A stretch of DNA of 63,977 nucleotides, filler included, from Saprolegnia diclina VS20 (taxonomy: Eukaryota): NCBI RefSeq assembly GCF_000281045.1. It is 6 parts of 4 records of this genome, joined end to end, with 100 filler letters (N's around TTAATTAATTAA, not from the genome) between each part and the next. Parts side by side here need not be neighbours in the genome. Positions count along the whole stretch, not along the records: positions 1 to 19,756 come from NW_008246151.1; positions 19,857 to 48,313 come from NW_008246152.1; 4 more parts are not named here. One strand, written 5' to 3'. Shown in pieces: positions 13,340 to 23,006 of the stretch. A model generated the notes under the pieces. It was given only the letters and a program-made list of their open reading frames with translations. It had not been told where the DNA came from and did no database searches. Position 1 is the first letter of the stretch. Every line of letters begins with the position of its first letter. Position numbers and translations under genes: made by a program.

Positions 13340-13728
13340 ATGCACCGAGCCGCGTTCCGCTACCTCTGGCCAGTGCTCCGCGCCTGCGTCTGGTTCAACG
13401 TCTGGCGCGTCCGAAACGATCGCGTCTTTCGCGCCGACCTCCCACTGCCAAGTCCATGGACGGTTGCCGTCAAAGCGTGTCGCTCAAATGCACTTGCACC
13501 GCAGCCTCGTTCAATCACCAGGGCAGTTGGCTCTCCGTCGCCTTCTCCGGCTCCTCGCTCAACACGAGTGGCTGCGCCAGCACATTGTCCCGGGGATCGC
13601 GCTCCTGCCTCCGCCGGCCTAGATCAAGATCAACACCAGCGCCTACACGACGAAGAAAGTTGGACAATTTTATTTAGCGTAGATTTACGTACCTATTTTA
13701 ATAGACGACCCACTTCAACAACAACAAC
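13340..13728 (+). mobile_element. 5'-truncated non-LTR retrotransposon (L1/Tx1-like) 3' end
   Basis: WPVLRACVWFNVWRVRNDRVF matches the W..W..RN...F motif at the C-terminus of L1-clade ORF2. Frameshift near 13480, stop at ~13622, and a (CAA)4 tail at 13716-13727. Confidence 0.65.
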
Positions 13729-14511
13729 TGGCGCAGCGTTTGGTTGTCCTACTGTCTACCCGAAGAAGCATCTGTTACGATGTTCCGTATGTTTGCTGAT
13801 GCGTCCTCAGCCGTACAAACATGAAACCGCTTCGTACAGTATCACATCGGTAGACCGGAACAATATACACAAGCTCATTCGCACATGAAATCGCCGTCGA
13901 CATGATAGACAACTCGGTACGGCTTCGATCACAAAATACGAGGCAAGACACTCATCACGTAAAACATATAGCCTTGTCCGAACTCGATCACAGAACGGAT
14001 TCACAAGGACATTGGTTCAGTTCCTACCTTATCAGCATGTGATACGAGCACCTCTGTCGTCTGCAAGGTGGCATCCATACTGGTACATGTCGATACATTT
14101 TGCACTGCTGGACGCGTGTCGGTTGATGCGAGTAACTACATGTCCTGGCTCACTGATCACAGCGCCGTGTCCTGGCACACTGCTCTCTTTCGGGTGCTTT
14201 TAGGTACGACAATGCGAATGCAGCAAGGTTGACGATGAACCGTGGCGTGTTGGTCAACGCGCGTCCTACTTGCTTTGCAAAGTCATCGCAGACACATTGC
14301 CTCGTCTGCGACATGCAGCAATCCGGCCTCGTGACAGGTCGCGAGCGGCGTGGGGGCGCGTGCCCGAGACATGTGGCGCGTGCTGCCAGTCGTATGTCTC
14401 TACGCGCTTGATGTGCATGGCGTGTGTAACGACTCCTATCCTGTCCCCGTCAACAGCAATGCCGTCCATCAAGTGGTGCTTCAGGATGGCCTGTCTGTGA
14501 TCGTCTTTCAC

Positions 14512-14526
14512 CTCATTTCCAATTCC
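14512..14526 (+). promoter_or_regulatory. Oomycete Inr/FPR-like core promoter
   Basis: CTCATTTCCAATTCC about 30 bp upstream of ATG 14545; fits TCATTYY followed by a pyrimidine-rich FPR. Confidence 0.55.
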
Positions 14527-14544
14527 TCTTCCTCCTCGACAACC

Positions 14545-15423
14545 ATGAAGGCTGCTCTCTTCTCCGCGACGCTCTTTGCCAGCGCGCTTCTCTCGGCCGC
14601 CGACCACGACGGCTGCGGCTCGGCCAGCGGCACCCCGACGATGGCCCCCACGACGCTGGCGCCGACGGCCGCGCCCACCAAGGCGCCCGCCCCGGGTGAG
14701 TGGGTGAGCCTCGGTGGCTTTGCCCACGAGATCTCGTTCGACGGCAAGAACGCCTGCGTCAAGACGGGCGACGGTGCGTTCTGCGGTCTCACGTCGCAGC
14801 AATTTGCGCAGTGGAAGAAGGTGGCGACGACCGTTGACCCGATCGAGCAGGTCGCGACGGCCAACGGCCTCGCCCTTGTCTGGGGCGGCGCGTCCGGTGC
14901 GCGCCTCATGCAGACGGTCGACTTGGCGTCGGGTGTGACCCACGACACGCCGCTTCGCGCGGACGAGTCGCCCCGTCAGTTCTCGACCGACGGCAAGACC
15001 GTCGTGGGCACCACCGACTCGCGCTTCTTTGGTGCGGCGATCACCAACGGCGCGATGGACTCGCCCGTGACGATCGCGGACAGCGACAGCTTGGATGTGT
15101 ACAAGACCGCGATTGCCGGCAACGACGTGTACATCACCGACTACGAAGGCGTCGTCAAGTACTCGACGCTCGATTCGTCGGTCTGGACCGTGCGCCCGTT
15201 CGGCTACGTGGACACGGACTTTCGCGCGCGCGAGTTGGCGTCGGACGGCGTCGACCTGTGCGTGATCACGTACAGCCTCGAGATTGCGTGCGCCAAGCTG
15301 TCGACGGGCCTCGAGACGTGGGAGACGTACCCGGGCAAGTGGCAGGCGATCGCGGTCGCCAACAACACGCTCACGGCCGTGACGTTTGTGGACCGCGACA
15401 TCCAGGTCACGCAGCTCAAGTAG
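14545..15423 (+). CDS. Secreted protein: signal peptide, Pro/Thr linker and a beta-strand-rich (possible propeller/lectin-like) domain
   Basis: Hydrophobic leader MKAALFSATLFASALLSA and linker PTMAPTTLAPTAAPTKAPAP. Repeated isxDGxxxCv-type motifs (ISFDGKNACV, FSTDGKTVVG, LASDGVDLCV); strong GC3 bias. Confidence 0.8.
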   Translation: MKAALFSATLFASALLSAADHDGCGSASGTPTMAPTTLAPTAAPTKAPAPGEWVSLGGFAHEISFDGKNACVKTGDGAFCGLTSQQFAQWKKVATTVDPIEQVATANGLALVWGGASGARLMQTVDLASGVTHDTPLRADESPRQFSTDGKTVVGTTDSRFFGAAITNGAMDSPVTIADSDSLDVYKTAIAGNDVYITDYEGVVKYSTLDSSVWTVRPFGYVDTDFRARELASDGVDLCVITYSLEIACAKLSTGLETWETYPGKWQAIAVANNTLTAVTFVDRDIQVTQLK

Positions 15424-16057
15424 ACATTTCTCATCTGAAACGAGAGCATTGCATAGTAGAATATACACCGTCATTTTCGTACATCAATGAGTTGTGGCTC
15501 ATGGTTTCATCGTTGCGCTCGCCAGTTCGCATCGAGTGTGGCGTACGGATTTGAGGGCAGTGCCAACAATGAAGACGTCGACGCCCAGAGGAAAGCGGCG
15601 TTGCTTGAGAAAATGCGAGTACACCCCCAGAAACATACTACAAACTACATAGGACGAACACGTAGCCGTAATACTAGAAGGAACCTCCTGGTTGGTGGCG
15701 TTGAAGTGGGTCGACAATCAAAATAGATGCGTAAATCTACGCCGAATAAAAATTGTCGGACTTTCATAGTTGTGTATGCTCAGTAGTCGAACTTGATCGA
15801 GGCAGGCTGAGGCACAAGCGCGATCTCGGTTTGAGTGAGGCTGTGGTGCAAGTGCAGTTGAGTGATCGGTCTCACTGCAAAGAGACTCTGCATTCATCGA
15901 CGTACACGGAAAATTCACTTCACGACCGTTTGGCCACTGCACCACGAGGCTTTGCGCTGGTGTCGACCTTTCTTCGGGCAAAATACTGCTTCCAGATGCC
16001 GGCATTGTCGGGTGCTCGTCGCTCCAGATATTAGCGATCTGGCAATTTGACGCGCTC

Positions 16058-16585
16058 ATGGAAAAAGTGAATTTGTCGCTGCACCAGAATCTAGACGTGT
16101 GGCACCAACTTCGCAATCGCGTGTTCAAGGTCATCACCTTCTACACGCAGTTTGTGTCGGCGCTCATGTCGATTGCTCTCGTGCAGCTCGCGGTCACAGT
16201 CGGTGGCCTGGTCGTCTACTGCCTACCTGGCTACAACCTTTTGATTCTGATGCTGGTCGGGTCGCTCTCAACACTGGTGTTTCTCTTGCCATTGGCCAAG
16301 GCGCTCGACATTCAAGCCAATCACGAGTCGATGCTCCACGCCTTGGTACTGCGTTTGCACCATGAACGAGGGCGTCGCGCCAAGGTCGATCGACTGAGCA
16401 TGATGGCATGTTTGTCGCAGCTCATTCCGCTGGTCGGACTTAACGACGACCGGATTCGCTTTTGGGGCATCGAGCTCTCGACGGCACGCCTCGTTGGACT
16501 CACTTTTTCGATTGGGTCGGGTTTATCGGTGGTCTTTTCCCGCACCGTATACCACAGCTGGTCGGAGCCTCTGTATGGCACGTAG
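16058..16585 (+). pseudogene. Truncated or degenerate paralogue of the 17088-19625 membrane protein (C-terminal TM block only)
   Basis: NLDVWHQLRN..LVQLAVTVGGLVVYC..GSLSTLVFLLPLAKALDIQ..DDRIRFWGIELSTARL aligns with the neighbour's C-terminus. No intact N-terminal ORF is visible upstream, although an intron-split 5' end is not excluded. Confidence 0.6.
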
Positions 16586-17087
16586 GCGAACCAAAGTAAC
16601 AATAACATGCACGGTTGCGAGTGGCAGTGCCATCGCGAACTGCGAAATGGAGTTGCCAGTGAAGACCTGACGCTCGTCACCTAACCCCTTTAAGTATTGC
16701 ACATGCCAAGTCCGTTTACGCAACTACACCGAGGCCGAAGGCCCTCTAGACCATATACTACTTACGATCTCGGGGGCAAGTTGGACACCTTGACCTTGTA
16801 GCCCACGTATGTGGTGATGTGGTCTGCACATCCCAATGACGGTCGTGGCGTGCCCCAGTACAACTGTAGGCTGTAGGGAATAGAAACGCAGTATAGGCAG
16901 TTGCTGTGCGAAGATAACCAGAGTCAAATATACCCGGAACCCCATACATTGCGTCCACGGCGACGACCACTTCACGACACGTACAGTGAAAGCTCACCTA
17001 CACTCAGCCCAACGCGTTGCTTGACGCTCGCTGCTATGAACAGTACCTTGGATGCAGCTATGTAGTACTAGGATAAAACGCTGTGCA

Positions 17088-19625
17088 TTAGAAACGAAGG
17101 ATGCCTTGGGTGATTTGCGGCGTGTTGATGAGCGGGTCCAGCGCATCTCTGTACGTGCTGCCAAACAAATCAAGGCCATTGAGATTCGACCACGTGATGG
17201 GCACAACACGAAAAGCCACAAACGAGAGAAGCGACGCCAAGGTCGCTCCGAGCGTTGCGAGTCGCGCGAGTGAAATTTCAATCCCAAAAAACGACAGACG
17301 GTCGTCATGGTGCTCGATCGCGTCAATGATGGTCTCGAACATGGCTATGCGCGCGGGAAACCCCGTGGCGTCCCCTGACTGCACAGCTTTTTGGCGCTGA
17401 AACTCGAGCTCGAGCAAGTGCGTTCGCAGCATCCCGCTGTGTTTGCCTTGAATGTCGAGCGCGGCGGCCAGTGGCACGAGCATCGTCAGCGTCGAGAGCG
17501 AGCCAAAGAGGCCAATCAAAAGTAAAAAGTACGTGGGCAGTGGCGCCGAGCCTGAAATGCAGTAGACTAGAATGCCGGCGGCCGTACACGCAAACTGGAG
17601 CAGCGCGCCGCAGATAAACACGCTCGTAAAATCCGCAATGAGCGCCGTGGCCGCTCGGACGCCGTTGCGGAGTGTGAACCACGCATGGACGTTCTCGCCC
17701 TCCGTGAGCGCAATGACCGTGCGCCCTTTCAGCGGGAGGTCGAGTCCGAATGCGGATATCGTATCGAAGCGCAGCCAGAGCGACCAAATCTTGCACGAGC
17801 TCGCAAACAAGAGCATCGTGATGGACGCCAGCTGCATGAGGTACTTGACCGCGAGTATGAGCTGCAGGATACCCACTGGCGCGTAGACTGCACCCAAGTA
17901 GTTGGTGAATGCGCTGAGCGACACGGACTCGAACGCGACATGCCAGTTGAGGTCCAGTTCGAGGACGTCGTTGCACGTCATTGGAAACCGAGCGCGCAGC
18001 GTGAGCGCTGACTGCATGTCATCGAGTGCGATGGTCACATTGCGCGCGCGCACCTGCTGGATGTTGACGTCCCACAAAGAAACGAGCTCAAAGGTTGTGT
18101 TGAAGGTAGCGATCGAGCTGTTGGACGTGAAGCCAAACGTGATGTGCGGACTGCCTCTCGGCACCGGATCGACCCACAAATTGATCAACGCGTCCACCGT
18201 GGTTGCAGATACGTTGGTGCAAGCCGGTACGCTGAACATCACCGCGTACATGGTGTCCTTTGGCGACGTGACGAGACCGTTCACGCCCGGCAAGAGCACG
18301 CTTATGGGCATTGCGCCGCCGGGCCACGAGACCACCAAAATTTCGTTGAGAAAAATCGTGACGCAAATGAAGAGAAGCACGTAATGCAACGGCGACGAGA
18401 GCCGCTGTCGCTCGTACTGGGCGATACTGTCGGCTTCAAAGGCTGCCGCGACGTGCGCCGATGGCACGGGCGTCCCGTCGGCTGCGATAAAGCGTAAGGT
18501 GGTAACGTCAATCTCGGCTGCCTCGGCTGCAAAGTGCACCAAAAGGGCGTGCGACGACGCCCGACTGAGCCGCCGTAGCATATTGTGGATCGCAAAGAGG
18601 GGCGATAGAAGTGCCTCGAAGAGCGACTCGCAATCGGTCGGCGGATCGATGAGGTACATGACAAAAAACACGAGTGTGTAGATCTCCAAGAGTCCCCAAA
18701 ACACGATTTGGGACCGGAACGGGCAAGTTAAAATGAGCAGCACGAGGACGCCCGACAAGTAGATACCAAAGACAAATAGCGCAACCTTGTCGAGGCCGCG
18801 CCAAATGGCCAGTGGACGTCCGAGCACCCAATGCAGTGACGCCGACGAGACGTTGCACGCCGACAGGACACCGAGGAGCGGCATTGCCACCGGCGATAGT
18901 ATGAGTATCCCGACAATCCACGGCCCGTCATTGCGCCACCGGTGCACTACGTTCTGGTAGCCTTGGAGACGCATGCGACTCGTCTCGGTCAGCGGTGGAA
19001 ACTCGCTCGCTGCCTTCGTGGTGAAGGCGTCTGGTGCCTCGTACGTGTGCTTGCAGGCCGCGAAGCACGACGCACACACCGTAAAGTCCGGGGCGCCGGG
19101 GCGCAAGAGAATGTACACGGTACCTTCAATGCTCTTTCGCTCCCACACCAAGTCGCAAGGCGTCTCGTTGCAAAAGATTTGACGAGGACGGCCCGTTGGT
19201 AGTGGTCGAGTGTCTTCATCAACAACGTCGGACGATGCGGGCTCGGACGCGTCGGCCTGCTCATTGCTCGTCGCATTTGCCAGCCGATGCGCCACCAAGT
19301 AGGCAGCAATGAGATCGTCTGCGTTGTCAAACGACAGAATCTCCCTTTCGGACGGCGTAAGCTCGTAGTGGCGGCTGTCCTCGTCGTCGTCGTCGTCGTC
19401 GTTGGTGACGGATGCTGCGTCCTTGGGTGCCTCGTGGCCGTCGGGAGCACCGTCATCGGAAGTGGCGATCTCGCCACTCGAACGACTGGCTGCATCGTCG
19501 TCATTGCCTTGACCCGCCGTCACGCGTTTCAACGTTTCTTGCTCGGAGATGGTCAGCTCAAACTCGGAGCCACCACGGACGTCGGCACTGGATGACGCAG
19601 ACGACGTGCGGGAGCGCGAGGCCAT
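17088..19625 (-). CDS. 845-aa multi-pass membrane protein with PHTF/GRL-like (7TM ion channel superfamily) C-terminus
   Basis: Single long ORF with an acidic disordered N-terminus, a CxxC motif and many hydrophobic segments. The C-terminal motifs NVHAWFTLRN and DDRLSFFGIEISLARL resemble PHTF. The family call is an inference. Confidence 0.75.
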   Translation of the reverse strand: MASRSRTSSASSSADVRGGSEFELTISEQETLKRVTAGQGNDDDAASRSSGEIATSDDGAPDGHEAPKDAASVTNDDDDDDEDSRHYELTPSEREILSFDNADDLIAAYLVAHRLANATSNEQADASEPASSDVVDEDTRPLPTGRPRQIFCNETPCDLVWERKSIEGTVYILLRPGAPDFTVCASCFAACKHTYEAPDAFTTKAASEFPPLTETSRMRLQGYQNVVHRWRNDGPWIVGILILSPVAMPLLGVLSACNVSSASLHWVLGRPLAIWRGLDKVALFVFGIYLSGVLVLLILTCPFRSQIVFWGLLEIYTLVFFVMYLIDPPTDCESLFEALLSPLFAIHNMLRRLSRASSHALLVHFAAEAAEIDVTTLRFIAADGTPVPSAHVAAAFEADSIAQYERQRLSSPLHYVLLFICVTIFLNEILVVSWPGGAMPISVLLPGVNGLVTSPKDTMYAVMFSVPACTNVSATTVDALINLWVDPVPRGSPHITFGFTSNSSIATFNTTFELVSLWDVNIQQVRARNVTIALDDMQSALTLRARFPMTCNDVLELDLNWHVAFESVSLSAFTNYLGAVYAPVGILQLILAVKYLMQLASITMLLFASSCKIWSLWLRFDTISAFGLDLPLKGRTVIALTEGENVHAWFTLRNGVRAATALIADFTSVFICGALLQFACTAAGILVYCISGSAPLPTYFLLLIGLFGSLSTLTMLVPLAAALDIQGKHSGMLRTHLLELEFQRQKAVQSGDATGFPARIAMFETIIDAIEHHDDRLSFFGIEISLARLATLGATLASLLSFVAFRVVPITWSNLNGLDLFGSTYRDALDPLINTPQITQGILRF

Positions 19626-19800
19626 ATCGTTTTTGATGTACGTACTTGCTACCAGTATGAGCTGCAGCCGTTACTGCAGCTCTATAAAACCGTGTTGTTC
19701 TACTGGGAACGCCTCGTGGCGCGACATTGTGGGACGACGGTGACGCTTGGCTCGTGNNNNNNNNNNNNNNNNNNNNNNNNNNNNNNNNNNNNNNNNNNNN

Positions 19801-19812
19801 TTAATTAATTAA
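19801..19812. other. Artificial assembly linker TTAATTAATTAA inside an N run (also at ~48358, 54027, 57350, 62905)
   Basis: The same 12-mer, with stop codons in all six frames, is centred in ~100-bp N blocks five times. Confidence 0.95.
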
Positions 19813-19856
19813 NNNNNNNNNNNNNNNNNNNNNNNNNNNNNNNNNNNNNNNNNNNN

Positions 19857-20065
19857 TCCCAGTTGAGATTCACGATCGTCGTTGTCGTTGTCGGCACAAA
19901 GCCGTAGCGCGAGAGGAACCACGCTTTGAGCGGCGCGGCGGCGTTCCAGAGGCAGCACACGTAAAAGATGATGCGCTGCACGCGTGCACTGCGTGTATAG
20001 CGGACTTGAACTAGCGCCGCGGTCGGTACGCTCAGTGGAGCGACCGTCGCCCAGGCGTGGCGCAT
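19857..20065 (-). CDS. 5' end of a probable membrane protein, running into a gap
   Basis: ATG at 20065, then IIFYVCCLWNAAAPLKAWFLSRYGF; the frame stays open to the contig end. Confidence 0.4.
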
Positions 20066-20525
20066 GTTTCGTGGTCCACTCGGCTCAAGCTGGCCAGAGT
20101 GCAGGGGGACACGGCTATATTTGAACGAAACTCCGGGTTCACAGCTCGGGTGTCTTTTCGGTTGGATGCTGAAGCCATGACCACTTAGGAATACATGTAT
20201 CCCTGCGGGCGTGCTTATGGTGGAGATAACTGCGTCAAACGAGTGGCATACTGTGAGATCGCAGTGTCGACGACGGACGACTGTCAGATGGAGCAAGATA
20301 GCTGATTGCAGATTCTTATTGCTGTTGCGAGCCAACAAGACGCGTGCGCCGATGCGATGGCGTCGGAAACAGCGCTCGTCGATCCGAGATGCGCCGACGA
20401 GATTTCTCTTCTTGGTCACAACCGAGCGACAGGGGACATGTGCGGTGTGCATTTTGGCCAATCCAATACGAAATTTGGAAATGGCAGCGTTTCATTAAAA
20501 GGGTTAAAAGGGGAATCTCACTTGA

Positions 20526-20539
20526 TCATTTTCGTTTTG
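20526..20539 (+). promoter_or_regulatory. Inr/FPR-like core promoter of an ankyrin gene
   Basis: TCATTTTCGTTTTG about 25 bp upstream of ATG 20552; conserved in the inverted copy near 37800. Confidence 0.55.
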
Positions 20540-20551
20540 GCCGCGAGGACC

Positions 20552-21020
20552 ATGGCGACGCCAAATGAGGTACATGGAAGTACAGATATGAAGAAGAAGG
20601 AAGCGACCGACTGCGTCTGTGACGACATAGTGTGAGCTCAAAGAAGCTGCAGATGATGGTCGACTGGACGACGTGAAGCGGCTCGTGGAGAAGGAAGACG
20701 TCAATCCTGACTTTGAGAATGGTGTACGTCGTCTTATCGATCGATAGATTTGTATAATTTGTTTGCTATTGGTCGTAGATTGCATTATGGTATGCTGCTT
20801 GGAGTGGTCAAACGACCGTCGTCAACTACTTGCTGACGAAGAACGTGTCGACGAATTTTGGTGATGTACGTCGATCGATATTTCTATCATCTTTTGATTG
20901 CAATTGAAATTCAACGATCGGTAGATTGGAGATACAACTCTGATCATCGCTGCGAAATACAATTATCTCGAAATTGTGCGCCTCCTCTTGGACGCCAACG
21001 CTGATATTCACACCGAAAAC
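20552..21020 (+). CDS. Ankyrin-repeat gene 5' portion (three repeats), apparently truncated
   Basis: Spliced product MATPNE|CELKEAADDGRLDDVKRLVEK..|ALWYAAWSGQTTVVNYLL..|GDTTLIIAAKYNYLEIVRLLLDANADI; inverted paralogue at 37261-37774. Confidence 0.65.
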
Positions 21021-21374
21021 CCATACAATATCTCTTCATCAAAATCACCTTGTATTTGGTCATTGTGGCAGAGCACACGGTAGGATGTCAGGCAAAGACC
21101 TTGTCGTCGTCGGCGCCGAGTCGTGACGGGACAGAAACTACGTCGAAAGCGGCAGGTGCCAGATGCAGTCACAATCAAATCACACTTGAACAAGGTGCTG
21201 GCATTTGCTCCGTTGGGCGAGTGGTGGGTGGCGCCATTGGTAGGAATCGTAGCTTGTTGGACGGCTGGAGTTTTGTTGCAGCTCAAGCGCGACGAGCGCA
21301 CCCCCGAGCGTTGTGGACGCACGCGTTCCCGCTCTTGCAGTTAGTTGAGGCTTGGTTTTTCATCGAAGCAGATG

Positions 21375-21935
21375 CCAATAATAACCATATTTAGATACTA
21401 CATATGGCTATACTTGGTGTCTGCCAGTATTAATAACAGATGTGATTTCTCGTGTTGTACGCGTCGCTTGACAATGCGACATCGCGCAACGTACTCTCCA
21501 AAGTGTCTTTTATCTCTGTGCCAAGTTTTAGCGAATTCGTTTCAAACTGGATTGGGGCGTCGAAAGCGGTCGTTCCCCAAGGAGCGCCTGGCGTGGCGAA
21601 ACGAATCGACCTTGATTGGCCAAATATATGAATATTCTGGCCAATGGGATACGCCTTGGGAGTCGACCACGGCGGTGCAGCTGTCCCATCGCCATCGGCA
21701 TGGCCGTTGCACCGTCTGACGCCAACGTCAAAGAGTCGTATACGACGCTCGTCGATAGAGTTTCGAGGCCGACACGCCGCGTCCAACGATATTTTGCTCG
21801 CTACGACGCGACCGCCGGTGATGACAACGACGTCATCCTCGCATTCGCCCACACGTGAACTACCAGCATCTCTGGCAGCGACTCGCCGCCGGTGAGCACA
21901 CGCCACTACGAACCAAAGTTGCACAATGGTACCTC
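21375..21935 (+). pseudogene. Partial duplicate of the upstream region and first exons of the 32650 ankyrin gene
   Basis: High nucleotide similarity to ~32555-33090. It has indels and a TGA where the other copy reads TGG (HT* versus HTW). Confidence 0.65.
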
Positions 21936-23006
21936 GACCTGCCTGCGACGAGCAACCGCGTCTCGCCGACTGCTCTGGGCGAAGCCACCAACGTCGCCGT
22001 CGCATGTATCTCGTCATGCAGTGCTCAGCCTCGTTACGCTCGCGGCAATGGCAATCGTCGATGCGAACGGTTGTTCTAGCAACCAAGGGCGTAATGACGA
22101 CAGGTGCGTGGGATGACGCCATTATCGATGCATCCTTTGACAATGTACGACACGAAATACATATATACCCTCGGCACTCTTTGAAATGGACTTTTTGCGC
22201 AGATTTCCGTCGCCGTACAAAAAGNNNNNNNNNNNNNNNNNNNNNNNNNNNNNNNNNNNNNNNNNNNNNNNNNNNNNNNNNNNNNNNNNNNNNNNNNNNN
22301 NNNNNNNNNNNNNNNNNNNNNNNNNNNNNNNNNNNNNNNNNNNNNNNNNNNNNNNNNNNNNNNNNNNNNNNNNNNNNNNNNNNNNNNNNNNNNNNNNNNN
22401 NNNNNNNNNNNNNNNNNNNNNNNNNNNNNNNNNNNNNNNNNNNNNNNNNNNNNNNNNNNNNNNNNNNNNNNNNNNNNNNNNNNNNNNNNNNNNNNNNNNN
22501 NNNNNNNNNNNNNNNNNNNNNNNNNNNNNNNNNNNNNNNNNNNNNNNNNNNNNNNNNNNNNNNNNNNNNNNNNNNNNNNNNNNNNNNNNNNNNNNNNNNN
22601 NNNNNNNNNNNNNNNNNNNNNNNNNNNNNNNNNNNNNNNNNNNNNNNNNNNNNNNNNNNNNNNNNNNNNNNNNNNNNNNNNNNNNNNNNNNNNNNNNNNN
22701 NNNNNNNNNNNNNNNNNNNNNNNNNNNNNNNNNNNNNNNNNNNNNNNNNNNNNNNNNNNNNNNNNNNNNNNNNNNNNNNNNNNNNNNNNNNNNNNNNNNN
22801 NNNNNNNNNNNNNNNNNNNNNNNNNNNNNNNNNNNNNNNNNNNNNNNNNNNNNNNNNNNNNNNNNNNNNNNNNNNNNNNNNNNNNNNNNNNNNNNNNNNN
22901 NNNNNNNNNNNNNNNNNNNNNNNNNNNNNNNNNNNNNNNNNNNNNNNNNNNNNNNNNNNNNNNNNNNNNNNNNNNNNNNNNNNNNNNNNNNNNNNNNNNN
23001 NNNNNN

